NCBI GenBank assembly: GCA_028534125.1
Contig: CM052817.1
Span: 40,922,001 to 40,986,000, forward strand
Source: Lama glama
Taxonomy: Eukaryota
Reading direction: 5' to 3'
DNA: 64,000 bases
Part shown: piece after piece, positions 12,196-24,809 of the stretch
Layout of the letters: every line of letters starts with the position of its first letter
Position numbering within the stretch: position 1 is the first letter of the stretch
Notes under the pieces: generated by a model
Database searches by the model: none
What the model saw: only the letters and a program-made list of their open reading frames with translations
What the model was told of the DNA's origin: nothing
Made by a program: the position numbers and the translations under genes

Positions 12196-14334
12196 GTAGA
12201 GAAGGAAAAAGCAAGGAAGAGACGGGAAAGGAAGGAAGGTGAAAGGAAGGGAAGAGGAGAGAAAATTTTCCCTCGTGGGTTGTCATATGTCGTAGTCCCC
12301 AGAGAGACATCAGCATAAAAGGACTTCACCTCTGGGAAAAGTCAGTGTCCTTAGACAACGTGACTCCAGCTTGAAGCAAGGGGCTCTTTGTGCCTTCTCC
12401 TGGATTCTCGCAGTCTGCCTGCCCGGCGAACAGTGAGTCCGTTTACTAGTGGCTGTTCTGCTGACCTTCCACCATCAATGGCTGGCCCTGGTGTTACATG
12501 GTGGTTCTGCATACACCATCTGCTTTTTACAAAATCTGTTTTCTCCCGTCTTCCTCCTCCTCATCAAGCATAGTCTAACTTACCCAGTTCTTTCTGAACA
12601 ACAACAAAAATGTCCATTCCAAATTCGCGTGTTGGAAGACAAGGGAAGAGGTCTATTTATGGCGCGTACGTAAGGGGGGAGGGGCTTTCGCTGAGAGGGC
12701 TCGTGCTGCCTCTCGCTCCTGCCAGTGGAGTATGGGAGTGGGCTTCGTGACCTTCCGTGCCAAGCACACAGTGGGCCTGCAAAAAGTGCACTTCTGAAAG
12801 AATTGCACAGTCTGTAATCAGTGTGATCTCATTGGCTGGGGTGGAGGGGATTCCCTGGAAACCTGACCTGAGGCCACTCACCTTCAGACATGCTCAGCCT
12901 TCTCTATTTGATGCTTTTCTGGAGATTTGTTTCATAACAAAAGCTCCTGCTTCAAGGATACTGTGAATATTCTAAAATTTCCCTTTAGTTCCTGCGGTTC
13001 TGTTTTCTTTGTGGGTGGGTTTGCCAGGATGAGATTCCATTTCCCTGATAGAAGTGTGTTTCTGGCCTCCCGTGTATGGTTAATTCAGAGGAAGCCTTTA
13101 TCTGTTGTGATCTAAATGCGTATTTGTTTTACCCTCAGCCAACAAGACAATTACAAATGTTGTCTTGCCTGCAACTACAGGCTTAGAAATGCAGTTGTCA
13201 CCGTGAAAGCCGCAAAGCATATGAGATCCAGGCTCTGGGCTGACACTTGACTAGCTGAGTACATGCAGGAGTCAGAAAGTGGAAAATTTTTTACAGGAGG
13301 TGATGAATGCTTTTCTGCCCCCACAGAATTGGCAATAGGCTTTGCTTGGGCCTGAATTTAACCCAGAATTGTTCCTGAAAGTTTGCTGAGTGACATAATC
13401 GTAACTTCCCTACAATATCGTATGCCCAAGTGTATGTACTCCAAGAATACTCGTTGTGGGGAAGAGTCCTGCCTTCTTCCTCCTGCCTCAGGGTTCTCGT
13501 GGACCCCAGAAGCTCTGGTGGGGCATCTGGGACAGACTCTGACTGGACAAGTGTCTCATTCTGTCTTCAAGAACTGGGATAGGCTGGTGCTCACGGGGAA
13601 ATCTCAAGGGTGGAGTGTCTGTCTACCTTGCCATCCTGGGGAAGGTGGAGCCCCCTGGACCATAAATCCACATCTGTCATACTTACCTGCGCCAGACCCA
13701 TTCGTCCTCTACTATCACATGTTTCTCATTCATAGCAAATACCTTTCTGCCCATAGTTCTAAAGACAGAGATGATAATGAAAATATACTGATAATCATGC
13801 CATCTTTGTTATTAAAGCTGAAAAAAATGTGACTTAGGGGGTGCCCTTCCTAGTGACAAGCCTGAATATTTGATGCTATCTTGAGATGGTTCCTCAGGGA
13901 GCAGTTTTATGTCATTTTCTTGTAACTGTCACTCTAATGTGCTGAAGGGAAGGTTTATTGTCATTTGCATATTCTGAAAGTTTACTGAATTTTAAGAGAT
14001 GTGTGCCTGGGAAATAGCTCGTCTTGATATATTTAGGAATTCAGTTTTTTTTCCCCCATGGTTGGAACTGCCAAGCCTGGCTGTACTCTAATCATTTATT
14101 TAATATAGCTTTATGTGGATTTAGTCCAAGCCCTTGGAATTTAAAGAGGTGTGACCCATGATCCCCTTACACAGTAAGCAGGGGGCGTCACACATGCAAG
14201 CGAGCACTTGGAGCCCAGAACCCTCAGCAGAGCCTCTGCCAAGTGCTCTGAGGGGAGCGAGGAGGGAGGGAGGAAGAGATGACCAAGTCCCCTTGGGATA
14301 CTTTCCCAGTGGGAGTGGCGCTTGAACTGATTTT

Positions 14335-14471
14335 TTGTTTCTGTTGTTGGTTTTCTTTTTCTCTTCTCTTTTGTGACTTGGAGATGATTAGGTGTTTGAG
14401 GTACTGGGGATTGAACCCAGGAACTTGTATGCTAAGTACTCACTCTACCACTGAGCTATTCCCTCCTGCCC
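14335..14471 (-). mobile_element. tRNA-derived camelid SINE (Vic-1-like), diverged
   Basis: Minus strand reads ggagggaatagctcagtggtagagtg..ttagcatacaagttcctgggttcaatccccagtacctc (A and B boxes). Flanks tgaactg..tttt on both sides. Confidence 0.85.
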
Positions 14472-14499
14472 TGAACTGGGTTTTGAGGAATAATTAGGA

Positions 14500-15370
14500 G
14501 TTTGGAGGATGGGGAAAGGCAGTGAAGACCACCCCAGACAAGGGGCAAAGCCCAAAGAGGCAAGGAGATACACAATGGGGTCTACCTGTGGATTTGTAAA
14601 GTGCTCTGTGGGCAAGAAGGTGCTTAGAGATTGGGAATAAGCTTTGTATGATAGTCTAGGGGATTTGAAACTTGGACAGGTGGAGCCATGGAGAGCTTTT
14701 AGGCAGGAAATTGAGCGTAAGAGTGGGCATCAGTCAAATACTGTGTGTGGAGGGTGTGTGAGATGAGAATGAAACTGTGGCTGTAAACAGGTCAGCCAGG
14801 AGCCCTGTAACCTCTGAGGGAGCAGTTTCAGTGGGGCGGTGCTATGGAACCAGGCAGCAAGGAGTGACAGAGCAGGTTGGAGGTCAAGAATGTTAGCAAT
14901 AAAGACAGAGGGAGAGTGCAGTTGGTAGAGAGAGGGCGAGGATGGTTAGGGGAAGACAAGCTGGTGAAGACTGTGTAAGGATCACCACTCTGATGAGCAT
15001 TTGTTGTTTGTATGTTCTTTGGTGTGCTTGACCCCCGCTAATTGCCCCAGGTTGAGATGAGCGTTGCTTGGACTTTCTTCCTGTCTTCTGAAATATTAGA
15101 GAAAACTTAGCTGCTTATATATTTGCCTTCCCTTTCTAGACCGCAAGCAATTTGAGGGCAGGGATTGTGTTTTATTAACATTTGTAGCCCCCATTCCTGG
15201 CACTTAGTAGGTACTCAAATGGGGTTTGTTGAAGAGGGATTGAATAATGATAAAAATGTTATAGGTTGAAGGGAAAGGAACCATAGAAACGGAGAGGTTG
15301 AAGATGGCAGAGAGAAGGGAGATATTGATAAGAGGAAATTTCAGAGGGTAGAAGGGGATAGATCCTCCAG
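14500..15370. mobile_element. L2 fragments
   Basis: gagcagtttcagtggggcgg..; tttgagggcagggattgtgt..ctggcacttagtaggtactcaaat (L2 3' end at about 15130-15235). Confidence 0.6.
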
Positions 15371-15372
15371 AA

Positions 15373-15553
15373 TAGGGGTCAGCAAACTTTTCTGTAAAGG
15401 CCTGAATAGTAAATGTTTTAGACTGTGGGCCAGAAGGTCTTTGTTACTCAGCTCTGCCATCACAGTGTGAGAGCTGCTGTCCACAGTAGGTCAAAGAAGG
15501 GCATGGCTGTGTTCCAGTAAAACTTGGCTTATAAACACAGGCCCTGACCCCTG
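15373..15553 (+). mobile_element. MER58A-like hAT-Charlie MITE
   Basis: Terminal inverted repeats (t)aggggtcagcaaac..tgacccctg. 8-bp TSD ctccagaa / ctctagaa. Confidence 0.88.
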
Positions 15554-17735
15554 CTCTAGAAGGTCTGGAAGGAGAGAGAGACTGGCACTGGCTTGAAAAG
15601 GTGTAGAAAGAAGGTGAGAGAAAAGGAGGGGAGGGTAGTTGTGGTAGTTCATAGGAGAAAGGCTGTGTTAAGAGAAGAAGGGGTCAGAAGTAGGGGAGCA
15701 GGGTTTTAAGGAGAATGGAAATCGTTCCAAAAATGTTCTCTGACGAATCTTCTAGGAACAAAACCAGGAGCATTTCAGGGTAAGACTAGGGCCAGATATA
15801 GAGTAGATAGCGTGGTCGCAGCGTGGTTATGTGAATTTCACCACTTTAATAAGAGTGTCCACTTCCCTCTTCCCTCAGCTTAGTGTGCACTTGCGTGCCC
15901 TGCCCTAGCATGGGCATAGACGCTTTTCCAGGTTACGGGACATCAGTACCAACCCCTGTCACCTGGTAGGATGGTCCTCATCAGCTCCCTCTCCGTCAGG
16001 AATGAAGGAATGATCTCTCTTGCTGTGGGTAGGATGGTGAGTGCCGATTTCAGAGAAGCAGCCTCCTTGAGTTTGTCATTTCTTGCATTAGGGCTGGGAA
16101 TCCACCACCCAGAGTTCTCCTTCTTTCCTAGATGGTCCAGCACTTCCAATTTTTTTTAGCCCTTAGACATAAAGGATTTACTACATCCCATCTCAGGAGA
16201 TAGAACATTCCACTCGCCCACCTTATCAAGGGGCACTGCTATGAGGACAGTCTTCAAGTGATCCCTGTAGCGTCTCTTTTTGACCTGTAAACATCCATTC
16301 CATGTCCAATACCAGACACCAGCACTGCCTGTTTTTCTACTGGTGACTACTCTGATTTTCTCTTCTGGGATTCAAGAGTTCTCACCAAAAAACAAACAAA
16401 CAGACACAGCAACAACAATAAAAGACACACACACATAAAAACAAAAAAACAACCAAGCAACCATAAAACCCCCAGTAATTACAAGAATCAGCGGGGGCAC
16501 CCAGGTGTGATCCTGGGCAGGGACTTGGTGGCACTTGCTGTGGACTGCCATGCTGGACTGCCATTCCACGTTCCCTCTAGTAATGCTCTACACTGGCTGC
16601 CAGATTAAAACCTTTTAAGATTCTCTTCCCAGTGTGATTTGGATCCCTGCTGTGGGACCACTAGTAAGAGATTTGATGTATAAAAGGAGCAGGAGGCAAG
16701 CTGTGAGGTCCTACCTTCCTGATTCGTTGGCTTTTGCAGCTGCAGGGCTCTCTCCGTCCTGGTGGAGGAGACTTGGTTCCGTCAGTAGTTCCCTGATGGG
16801 CTGTTTCATCCTGGGGACAGGAGTTTTTTTTAGGGCATGATGGAGGCTCAGCAATCATGGGAGCTGTTCTTGGAAGCTTGACTTAATCTGTTTCTTTGTT
16901 TCCTTTAATGATTGTGTTAAGCACCTAAAACCCAGCAGTAAAATGTATTTTTTTTTTGCTTAAATCAGGTATAGCAGTGTATGTTGTCTGCACCTGTGCC
17001 TAAACGGACACAGTATCCCACCAGGCTGGCAGGTCGAGCTAGGAAGTCGAGGAAGAGATGGCTGAGTTTTGTCAGGCTTGATGAGTGGGAGAATAGATGC
17101 AGTGGGGGTTAGGAGGCAGGACACGAATGCTCACTGAGATGGTGAAGCCAGGTGGAGACTGAGAGAGCTGCGAGGGCGGGGAAGCCTCCTGGCACTGGGA
17201 GGTGTCCATGAAGATAAAAGTTGCTTTCACTGGGTGTAAACAGGTGAGGTACACCTTGGTGTTAATCAAGGAAACATACCAATACTTTTGTGAATCTCCC
17301 AATATTGCTATTATTGGGGTAACATTTAAATTTGAGCACAGTGCAGTAAAGTATGTCTGGAAACTTAAATAAACCTCTTTTAGACACCTTGTAAAGATTT
17401 GTGTGTGTGTGATTTTGCATAGAGAACAATAAAACTGCGGGGAGAGGCACATGTTAGGTAATTGCTGGGTTCACTCACCAAGTTCATCATCAAGGAGCTG
17501 ACGAATCTTTACATGTCATGGCCCTTTAGGGGTCACTTGCAAATAGTGAAACCACAAACACTAATAGTGTTTGTTTTGTATGTTAGCTGTAGGCTTGTTT
17601 TTTAGTTAAACTAATACATTAGATAGTAAGTATGCCAGCTAAATCTTTACTTTGCTTTTTAAGTACTTTGTATGTTGAACAGAAACTTGTGATTATTTAA
17701 TGAATACCTGATAACTGAATTGTTAGCCCTTAATT

Positions 17736-17773
17736 GTAATTGTGACCTTAAAAGTAATTGTGACCTTAAAAGT
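17736..17773. repeat. Perfect 18-bp tandem duplication
   Basis: gtaattgtgaccttaaaa twice (17736-17753, 17754-17771). Confidence 0.97.
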
Positions 17774-18867
17774 CTGTGGATAAAAATGAAGTCATCTTAC
17801 CATTAACGTCCCATTTGTAAAGCCTTAGCTGCTGTCTTGTGTCTCGAGTGTCTTGGATTTCCCTCAAGCTTTCCCTCATTTATAACTAACAAAGACCTGG
17901 GTTTGTGTAGGTGGCAAATATTTTTATGGAATTTAGTCAGATAATTAGGAAGTAGATCTATCACTTCTGTTCTTCCAGTGAGTTTCATACTTAAATAATT
18001 TGTCACAAACCAAAGGAACTGGAATGTGTTTTATTTGCGTGGCTCTTATCAAGTGTTTGAATTTGTTGCTGACAATAAAAATCAAGAATTCTTAGCAGAA
18101 AACCAGGTTTCCTAATGCCATGGGTGCTATTCCTGGCTGGGGCGGAGTAGCCGCTCTCCCAGTGGCAGGCCGTGGCAGGCTGTCTCCAGGCAGCCCCGGA
18201 CCCACGTCCTTCATTTACATCGCCTGCCTGACTCCTGTGGGCATTCAAGTTTATGACCCATATAATAGCTTATGATTGAATAAATAAAAATTGTCACCTA
18301 GAACTGGAACATGGGGTCCTCTTAAAAAATCACGATGTTAAGAATATTCAGCCATTGGTCATAAAAATTGTATTTGTAATGTAATCTTCCTGGTAATAAA
18401 AATTATTTGGGTTTCTGTTCTGGGCTATGCAGATTTTGAAGATTCATCAATTAATTTTTATATTACATATCATCAACCTATTTATCCAGCATCCATTGAG
18501 CACTTTGTCTTGCTGAGTTATTATTTATGCAACTTGGAAAATATTTTCACAACCGTGGTATTTGTTTATCTGATCCCTCTTTGTGATCCTCTTAGCTCGC
18601 TCATTTATTCCATCATTTAGGAGTATCTATCTTTGCTGTGTTCCTAGGGGAATGGGTTCTGCTCTATTTCCTCCTCTTTCCCCTAGAGCGTTGTTTTGTA
18701 CACTAATATCTGTATCTTTTTCCCTCACTCTTTTAGCTTGAAAAATATATCACTTAATCACGAAGTGTATGCTTAGAAAATGAACATATACCTCCAGCCA
18801 CTGTTTTAATAAAACATAAACAAAAAGCCAGTATAGCTCCTGTACTATAGATCAGGGAACTAAATTG

Positions 18868-19185
18868 CTTCATTTATTCATTCAGTCGTTCACTCTGCAA
18901 ATACTTTTCGAGCACCTAATAAGTACCTGATTTTCCAGATCCTCAGGATGCAACGGTGGACTAAAGAGAACAACATTCAGCCACACTCTAGCAGGGAGAT
19001 GGCAGTCAACAGATACCTTATACCTGGTCAGGTGGTGCCAGTGCTATGAAGAACGGTGATGGAGGGGCAGGTGATCAAGTCCCATGGGTGCTGTGCTAGA
19101 TGGGGGAGACAAGTAAGGCCTCGATGAAGAGGTGACATTTGAGCAGGAGACCTGAATTAATTGTGATGGGAAACCATGTAAGGAA
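18868..19185 (-). mobile_element. L2 3' fragment
   Basis: ttcatttattcattca..aaatacttttcgagcacc..gaagaggtgacatttgagcaggagacctgaa. Confidence 0.75.
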
Positions 19186-20149
19186 GACGTGTTTGTTTTT
19201 ACGATGGGAGACCCCTGAGCATCTACGTATATAGGTGGAGAGCAGAGGAGCTGGCTACGGAGAATGCCTGATCAGTGGTGGGCTGGTTCCCAGGCTCAAG
19301 TTCAGGTTCACATGACCAAGGTGGTACACAGAGCTTGACTGTAACTATGGCTGGCTGCTGTTGCCCTGCGAGGGCCCCTGGGCTCCTTCCCCCGTCCCTG
19401 ACTCCCTCCTGCTGGTGCAGGGTATTCACTGCAGAGTGTGTGCAGCACAGTGCAGAAGTGGTGCGTGCTGGCTTCTCAGACATGTGTGATTTGTGGTGTA
19501 CCTGCTTTGGTGTTCATTTGAGTCTTCCCAGGAGCACATGGATTCCAGGAAACATGGTCCACATATTTTTGAATATGTGATCTCACCAATATGAATATCT
19601 GAACCCTTACTTGGGGATGCATCAGTGTTTATTGGAACTGACGGTGGAAGCCCTGGCTCTGCAGCGTCTTTATGTTCAGAATCCTCCAGGTGCACGTTCG
19701 GATGGATATGCATTTAGTCAGGTGTATCTATTAAGAGGGCTAATTTTGACAGGCAAACAAATTTGTGGTACCCCATTGATCAAATGACAAAAGCACTCAC
19801 TTCCCCATACTCCAGAGCACCTCGTAATGACTTAACTGTTTGGAATTACCATTCTCTTGTTAAAGACCTTGTTGCTTCTTGTAACACTGATTTACCTGTT
19901 TTTCTAGTAGAGAGGGTGGTCCACCATGGAGTTCTAACTAAAGACCACTGATGATAAGTATTCCCTTTGTCAAAAATTCATTTGCACCCTAAGTTGGAAA
20001 ATTATTAGGTTATTGTTTTGTTCCTGTTTGTGCTTTGGCATGATTTTAAGCGATGCAGCAGCGCAGCTCAGAATGCTGCCTCGTCACCTGCTCTGCCTCC
20101 CACTCCCGGCGCTCCCGGTCCGGGCTTCCCTATTTCCAGCCTCAGTTTT

Positions 20150-20490
20150 TGAACTTGCTGTTTGCTCTACCTTGAACAGTCTTCCCAAGACCCACATGGC
20201 TGCATCCCTCGTTTCCTTAAGGTTTCTGTACAAATGTCAGCTTTCGGAGGCCTCTCCTGACCACCTTCTGTTGAATAAATACCCCACCATGGCACTCATC
20301 ACTTTTGCTCTGCCTTGTGTTTCTCTATAGCATCGTCACCATTGGCATGCTGTTTACTTTCTTGGCTGCTTGTTTATTGCCTCCCTCACTAGAATGTAAG
20401 CTCTGTGAGAGCAAGGACTTTGCTTTGATCATGGCTTGTATCCTGAGTTCCTAGACCTGTGTTGCACAGAGAGGAGTCAAGCAGTATTTT
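20150..20490 (+). mobile_element. L2 3' fragment
   Basis: cttgctgtttgctctacc..aaatgtcagcttt..ctagaatgtaagctctgtgagagcaaggactttg. Confidence 0.75.
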
Positions 20491-20721
20491 AAAAACAGAG
20501 CTATGATGATCATGGCTGGTGAAGTCAAGTTCGAGTTCTAGACCCCCATTAGCAGCACATGCTCACCAACTGAACCAGTTGCCATAGAGATATTGGAAGC
20601 CCAGAGTAAGCACTCTTTCCAGCCACAGATTTGTACAGGACGGTTTTCTTTGGATATGGGGCTGTTTTCTCTTAGGAAAGAGAAATTTGCAGGCGTGACT
20701 AGCAGACTATATTGGAGTGGA

Positions 20722-20888
20722 TCTCTGAATCCTTGCTCCCCCAAGTGTGGGCCGCCCACCAGCAGCGTTGACATTGCCCTGAGCTTGTTAGAAATGCAGG
20801 AGCTCAAGGTGCACCCAACCCGCTATATCAGAATCTGCATTGTATACAGGTGATTCCTACGTATAACTAACGTTTGAGAAGTACGGCT
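20722..20888. mobile_element. MER5A-like hAT-Charlie element
   Basis: ccaagtgtgggccg..accagcagc..cttgttagaaatgcagga..atcagaatctgcatt..caggtgattc..tttgagaagtac. Confidence 0.8.
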
Positions 20889-21349
20889 CTAAATCACCTG
20901 ACTGAAAAATCAGAAGATGTCTTCTAGAACTTGGTCACTTAACTTGGTTTTGGAAATCATCATTAGTAAAGGGGACATTTTAGATACCTTCTATTCTTTT
21001 TTTTTTTTTTCAAATTGAAAACAGATAGGGATTTGAGTTGGTCACTTAATCTCTCTGTCCTCAGGTTCTGTCTCTATGAGGAGGCAGTTGCTCTAAATGT
21101 GTATGTGTGTGTGTGTGTGTTTGTGTGTTGGGGGTGCCTTTCAGGCGCAAGTCAGAGCAGATCTTTGGGTATCTTCAGTTCTACTTCCTCCTCCTCATTT
21201 CCAACTTCTGTTCTTCTGGTGATCTGTAGAGTCTCAGACAGAGAAATAGACTTTCTGGGGAAAATGGCGACCACATTCTATTTGAAGAGACCAGTCCAAT
21301 GTGCTGGTCCCCAGAAATGTGTTAGGTAGGCTGGAAAAATTCATATCTG

Positions 21350-21570
21350 AGCTCTTACTCTGTGTCAGGACCCATCTATGTACTTTACATCATCAACTTC
21401 TATAATCCTGACAACGACTTGATACAACGAAACAGATGCTTTTGTTCTCATTTAAAGTTGTGGAAACCGAGGATTGAAAGGGTCAGTACTTTGTCAAGTT
21501 CACCTAGTTACTAAGTGGAGGAGTGGGATTCCAGCCCAGGTAGACTGGCCCCAGACCTAAGCACATCACT
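21350..21570 (-). mobile_element. MIR SINE
   Basis: ggaaaccgagg..tttgtcaagttcacctagttactaagtggaggagtgggattccagcccaggt. Confidence 0.7.
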
Positions 21571-21989
21571 GTATCTGAGGGAGAATCTTGCAAATTTACT
21601 ACTATCTGTTGGAGAGAAGTGTGGATTAAATGTTGGTCAAAGGCGATTGTAGGTTCTTCAGTGAGACAAAGTATGGAATGCTGAATTTTGAGCTGAGTGA
21701 TCAAGCTTTATTTCATTTGAGGCTCACATTTAAAGCTTTTGTTATGCGATGCTGCTAATGTGATTTTCCAGTGCAGAGACCCTCCGGCATGTCGATCACG
21801 TTGTATGTATTATTCACTGTGACTCTGGCAAGTAGGATGACTGGAGGTTGTTAAAGCTGCTCTTGAGCTGCCTTCAGGGGATCGTGAGCATCACGTGGAG
21901 GCAACACAAGGGCAATTCCGGGGCGATTCCACCCCAAGTGGGCGAGGGGAAGAGGGGAGAGTGAGAGGGACCCCATGATGTGTGTTTAA

Positions 21990-22195
21990 CTCCTTGCTGG
22001 ATGTCTTACACACATTGCCTTGTTTAATCCTCACAACATGCCAGGGACAGTGTATCATCTCCTCCATTTCACAAAAGAGGAAAACCAAGGCTTGGAGCCA
22101 TTACGTACTTGCTTGGAATCTTACAACTAACTGCTAACTGATGGAGGCATGATTCAGAGCAGGTTCACTTGCTCTCAAAGTTTATCCTCTTCCCA
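21990..22195 (-). mobile_element. MIR SINE
   Basis: tttaatcctcacaaca..ctccatttcacaaaagaggaaaaccaaggct. Confidence 0.7.
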
Positions 22196-24115
22196 GTTTA
22201 GCATTTTGGAGAAATACTGGGAAGGTGCACATGGTGATATGTTTAAAATATTAGAAATATGGCTTTCAAGTGAACATATTTAAAAAATAGGTATTTCTGC
22301 ATCCTGGTAACATGATGCTACCCTCACGGCCTCCCAGCTCAGATTCGTTGACAACAGTAATATCAGTAAATTAAAAAAAAAAGATAAATGGTTTCCAAAG
22401 ACATCACTGATTGACTGAAAACAAGAGTAGTGAACAATTGGTTTACTTGTAGTCAAACACATTGTCTATTGCATCACCAGTCCTGCTAAATTATCCATTT
22501 GTTCACTTTATTTGAGGGAGAGTTTGGCTTTGCAGGGAGGTACTTGAGGCTGTAAATACACATCTCCAGGTACCGTCTTCGAATTGTGCTCCGTGGCTGA
22601 TGTGTATTGATCTGTGCTGTAAATAAGCTTGGCAGGAAATCCACCCCAAGACTTCATTCCAGTAATTTGCTTCATTGGATGCAGTTGCCCTGACGCTGGC
22701 GAATTCTCCAAATTAAAAGCCCGTGCTGACTTTACTTATCCTTGTGCTCAGCCCGTCTCAAGTAAGGGAACTTCGATCTAAACAGGTCGGGCTAGCCATC
22801 CCTATGAGGTGGAATTTCTTGACATAGTTCCAGGTATGTGGATAAAGCATAGTCTGCAGAGGAGAGGAGAACCTCTTCTTACTGGAAATGCACTGTATTT
22901 GTCACACTCCAGAAGCACGAAAGCCCAGCCCCTCAGCCACTGGAGGCCTGCTGGCTTTCTGCATTTCACAGAGCACCTTTTCCGGAGGCTGTGGCCCCCG
23001 AAATTGCTCGGGAATCAGCATACTTCCTGCATTCTCAGTGTAAGTGGTTTCTGCCCTTTGAAATTAAGGATTTCCTGGGAGTCCTCAGAGCAACCCATTC
23101 CCGTGCTGCATCTTCGTGTGACCTTTCTCAGATAGGTCTCTTAAATGGAGTAATCTGGTGACAGATTTTGGAATGTAGAGTTATCAAGGCTGAGGGAGTG
23201 ATCATTCTAATGTGAATCACCCATGCAGTGTCTGGTGCAGGATGAAGAGGGAGGCCAGTCAGGTCTCCGCACCTTTCCCCAGCTGGGGCTTCTTAAAATC
23301 CTCCCGGTTATTCTCGAGTGACAGTGTTTTTCAGCTTCCCGAGGCAGCCAGCAGAACTCTGATGTAAAAGGATTTGTCATTTTGATTCTAGTCGAAATGA
23401 AGCATTTTGTACAGTACATGAAAAAATATAGAAGTCTTTTCAGTGGATGAACAGCCTATTATCCGTGGCAAAACTGCTGTGTTTCATGTCTGTCTGGGAA
23501 TTACCGATGGCAGCGGCAGCCCGGGCGGGAGGCAGCCAGGCTGCTGCTGAATTGTCGAGGCCTGGAAATGGATGGGAGCTTTATTTTTTAAAGCATGTCC
23601 AGTTGGTGCCATCGTCTCCGTCTTCTGAAGTACAAATGAGCTTTTTGCTTAGAAATCCTGAGGGTGAAAGGCAGCCCCATAGACAGAGGAGACCTTCCCT
23701 GACTGCCCGTCAGTTTTGGAGCTGGAGCGGAATGATAGATCGATCTCGCATTCATTCCGCTGGTGACAAAGCCCCAAAGATGCCTCTTTGAAACCTGTTT
23801 ACTTCCGCAGGATGATCCATCAGCATCTCCCAGTCTTGTCTGTGATTAACACTTTGAGAGAAGATCAGTGCCTTTTATGACTGACATGTCTTAATTTTGG
23901 CAAGAACACAAAACAGACTTTATGGGGACTTACTACAGCTTTCGTATTCAGACGTCATGACCACCCAGGTTTCAGCTGGCCTTTTTTGCATCTTGGGTAT
24001 GAAAACCCTGACTCCGGAATGGGAGAAAAGAAAAAATTTAATCACAGAAGGAGTTGTTTAATGTTGTGAGGAATCTGGAGTAATCCTAATGACATCAAGC
24101 TTTCTGTTCCTTATC

Positions 24116-24492
24116 CAGGGTCTGCGTCATGGGGGTGCGGGGACATGGGGCTGGATTGAAGAAGGGCCCCATGCTTGGTTTGATGCTCTATGGTCACCTT
24201 TTTGAAATTCTTTTTTTTAATTTTTTCTTCTCTTATTGATTTTTTAATGAAATTTTGTTCATTCTTTTGTTTTCATTTTTTAATTTTTTCAGGGGGAGGT
24301 AATTAGGTTTACTTATTTATTTATTTTAATGGAGATACTGGGGATTGAGCCCAGGGGATTGTGCATGCTAAGCATGGGTTCTACCACTGACCTATACCCT
24401 CCCCACTACCTTCTTGAAATTCTTAACTTTTGAGCAAGAAGTCCTTCATGTTTATTTTTCATTAAGCTCCACAAATTATGTACCCAGTGCTG
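24116..24492 (+). mobile_element. MER91A-like hAT-Tip100 element, split by a SINE
   Basis: cagggtctgcgtcatggg..agaagggccccatgcttggtttgatgctct..cttgaaattctt..cacaaattatgtacccagtgctg. Confidence 0.8.
24213..24407 (-). mobile_element. tRNA-Ala-derived camelid SINE (Vic-1-like)
   Basis: Head ggggagggtataggtcagtggtagaacccatgcttagcatgcac.., body ..aaacctaattacctcccc, A-rich tail. 17-bp TSD acctt(t/c)ttgaaattctt at 24196-24212 and 24408-24424. Confidence 0.92.
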
Positions 24493-24809
24493 CTTGTAAT
24501 TTAGTCTTAAAAGATGGTAAAGCAGGGATTCTGACCAAATATTCCCATCAGTCATGTATTACCAGTTGACTTTCTTTTTGACTTTTGTTCTGCTTTTGTC
24601 CTTCCGTTTCTTCCATACAGAGAAGAGATTTGTATAATGTATGGATGAGACAGATTAAACTTGGAAAATGGAAATGATGATGGTATCTAACATAGGATGG
24701 TTGGGAGGATTAAATTAGATAATGCTTATAAAACATCTAGCATATTACATGGCAGTGATAAGGACTCATTAAGTAATAGCTATACATTTTATCTTTTACT
24801 GATTTTCTC

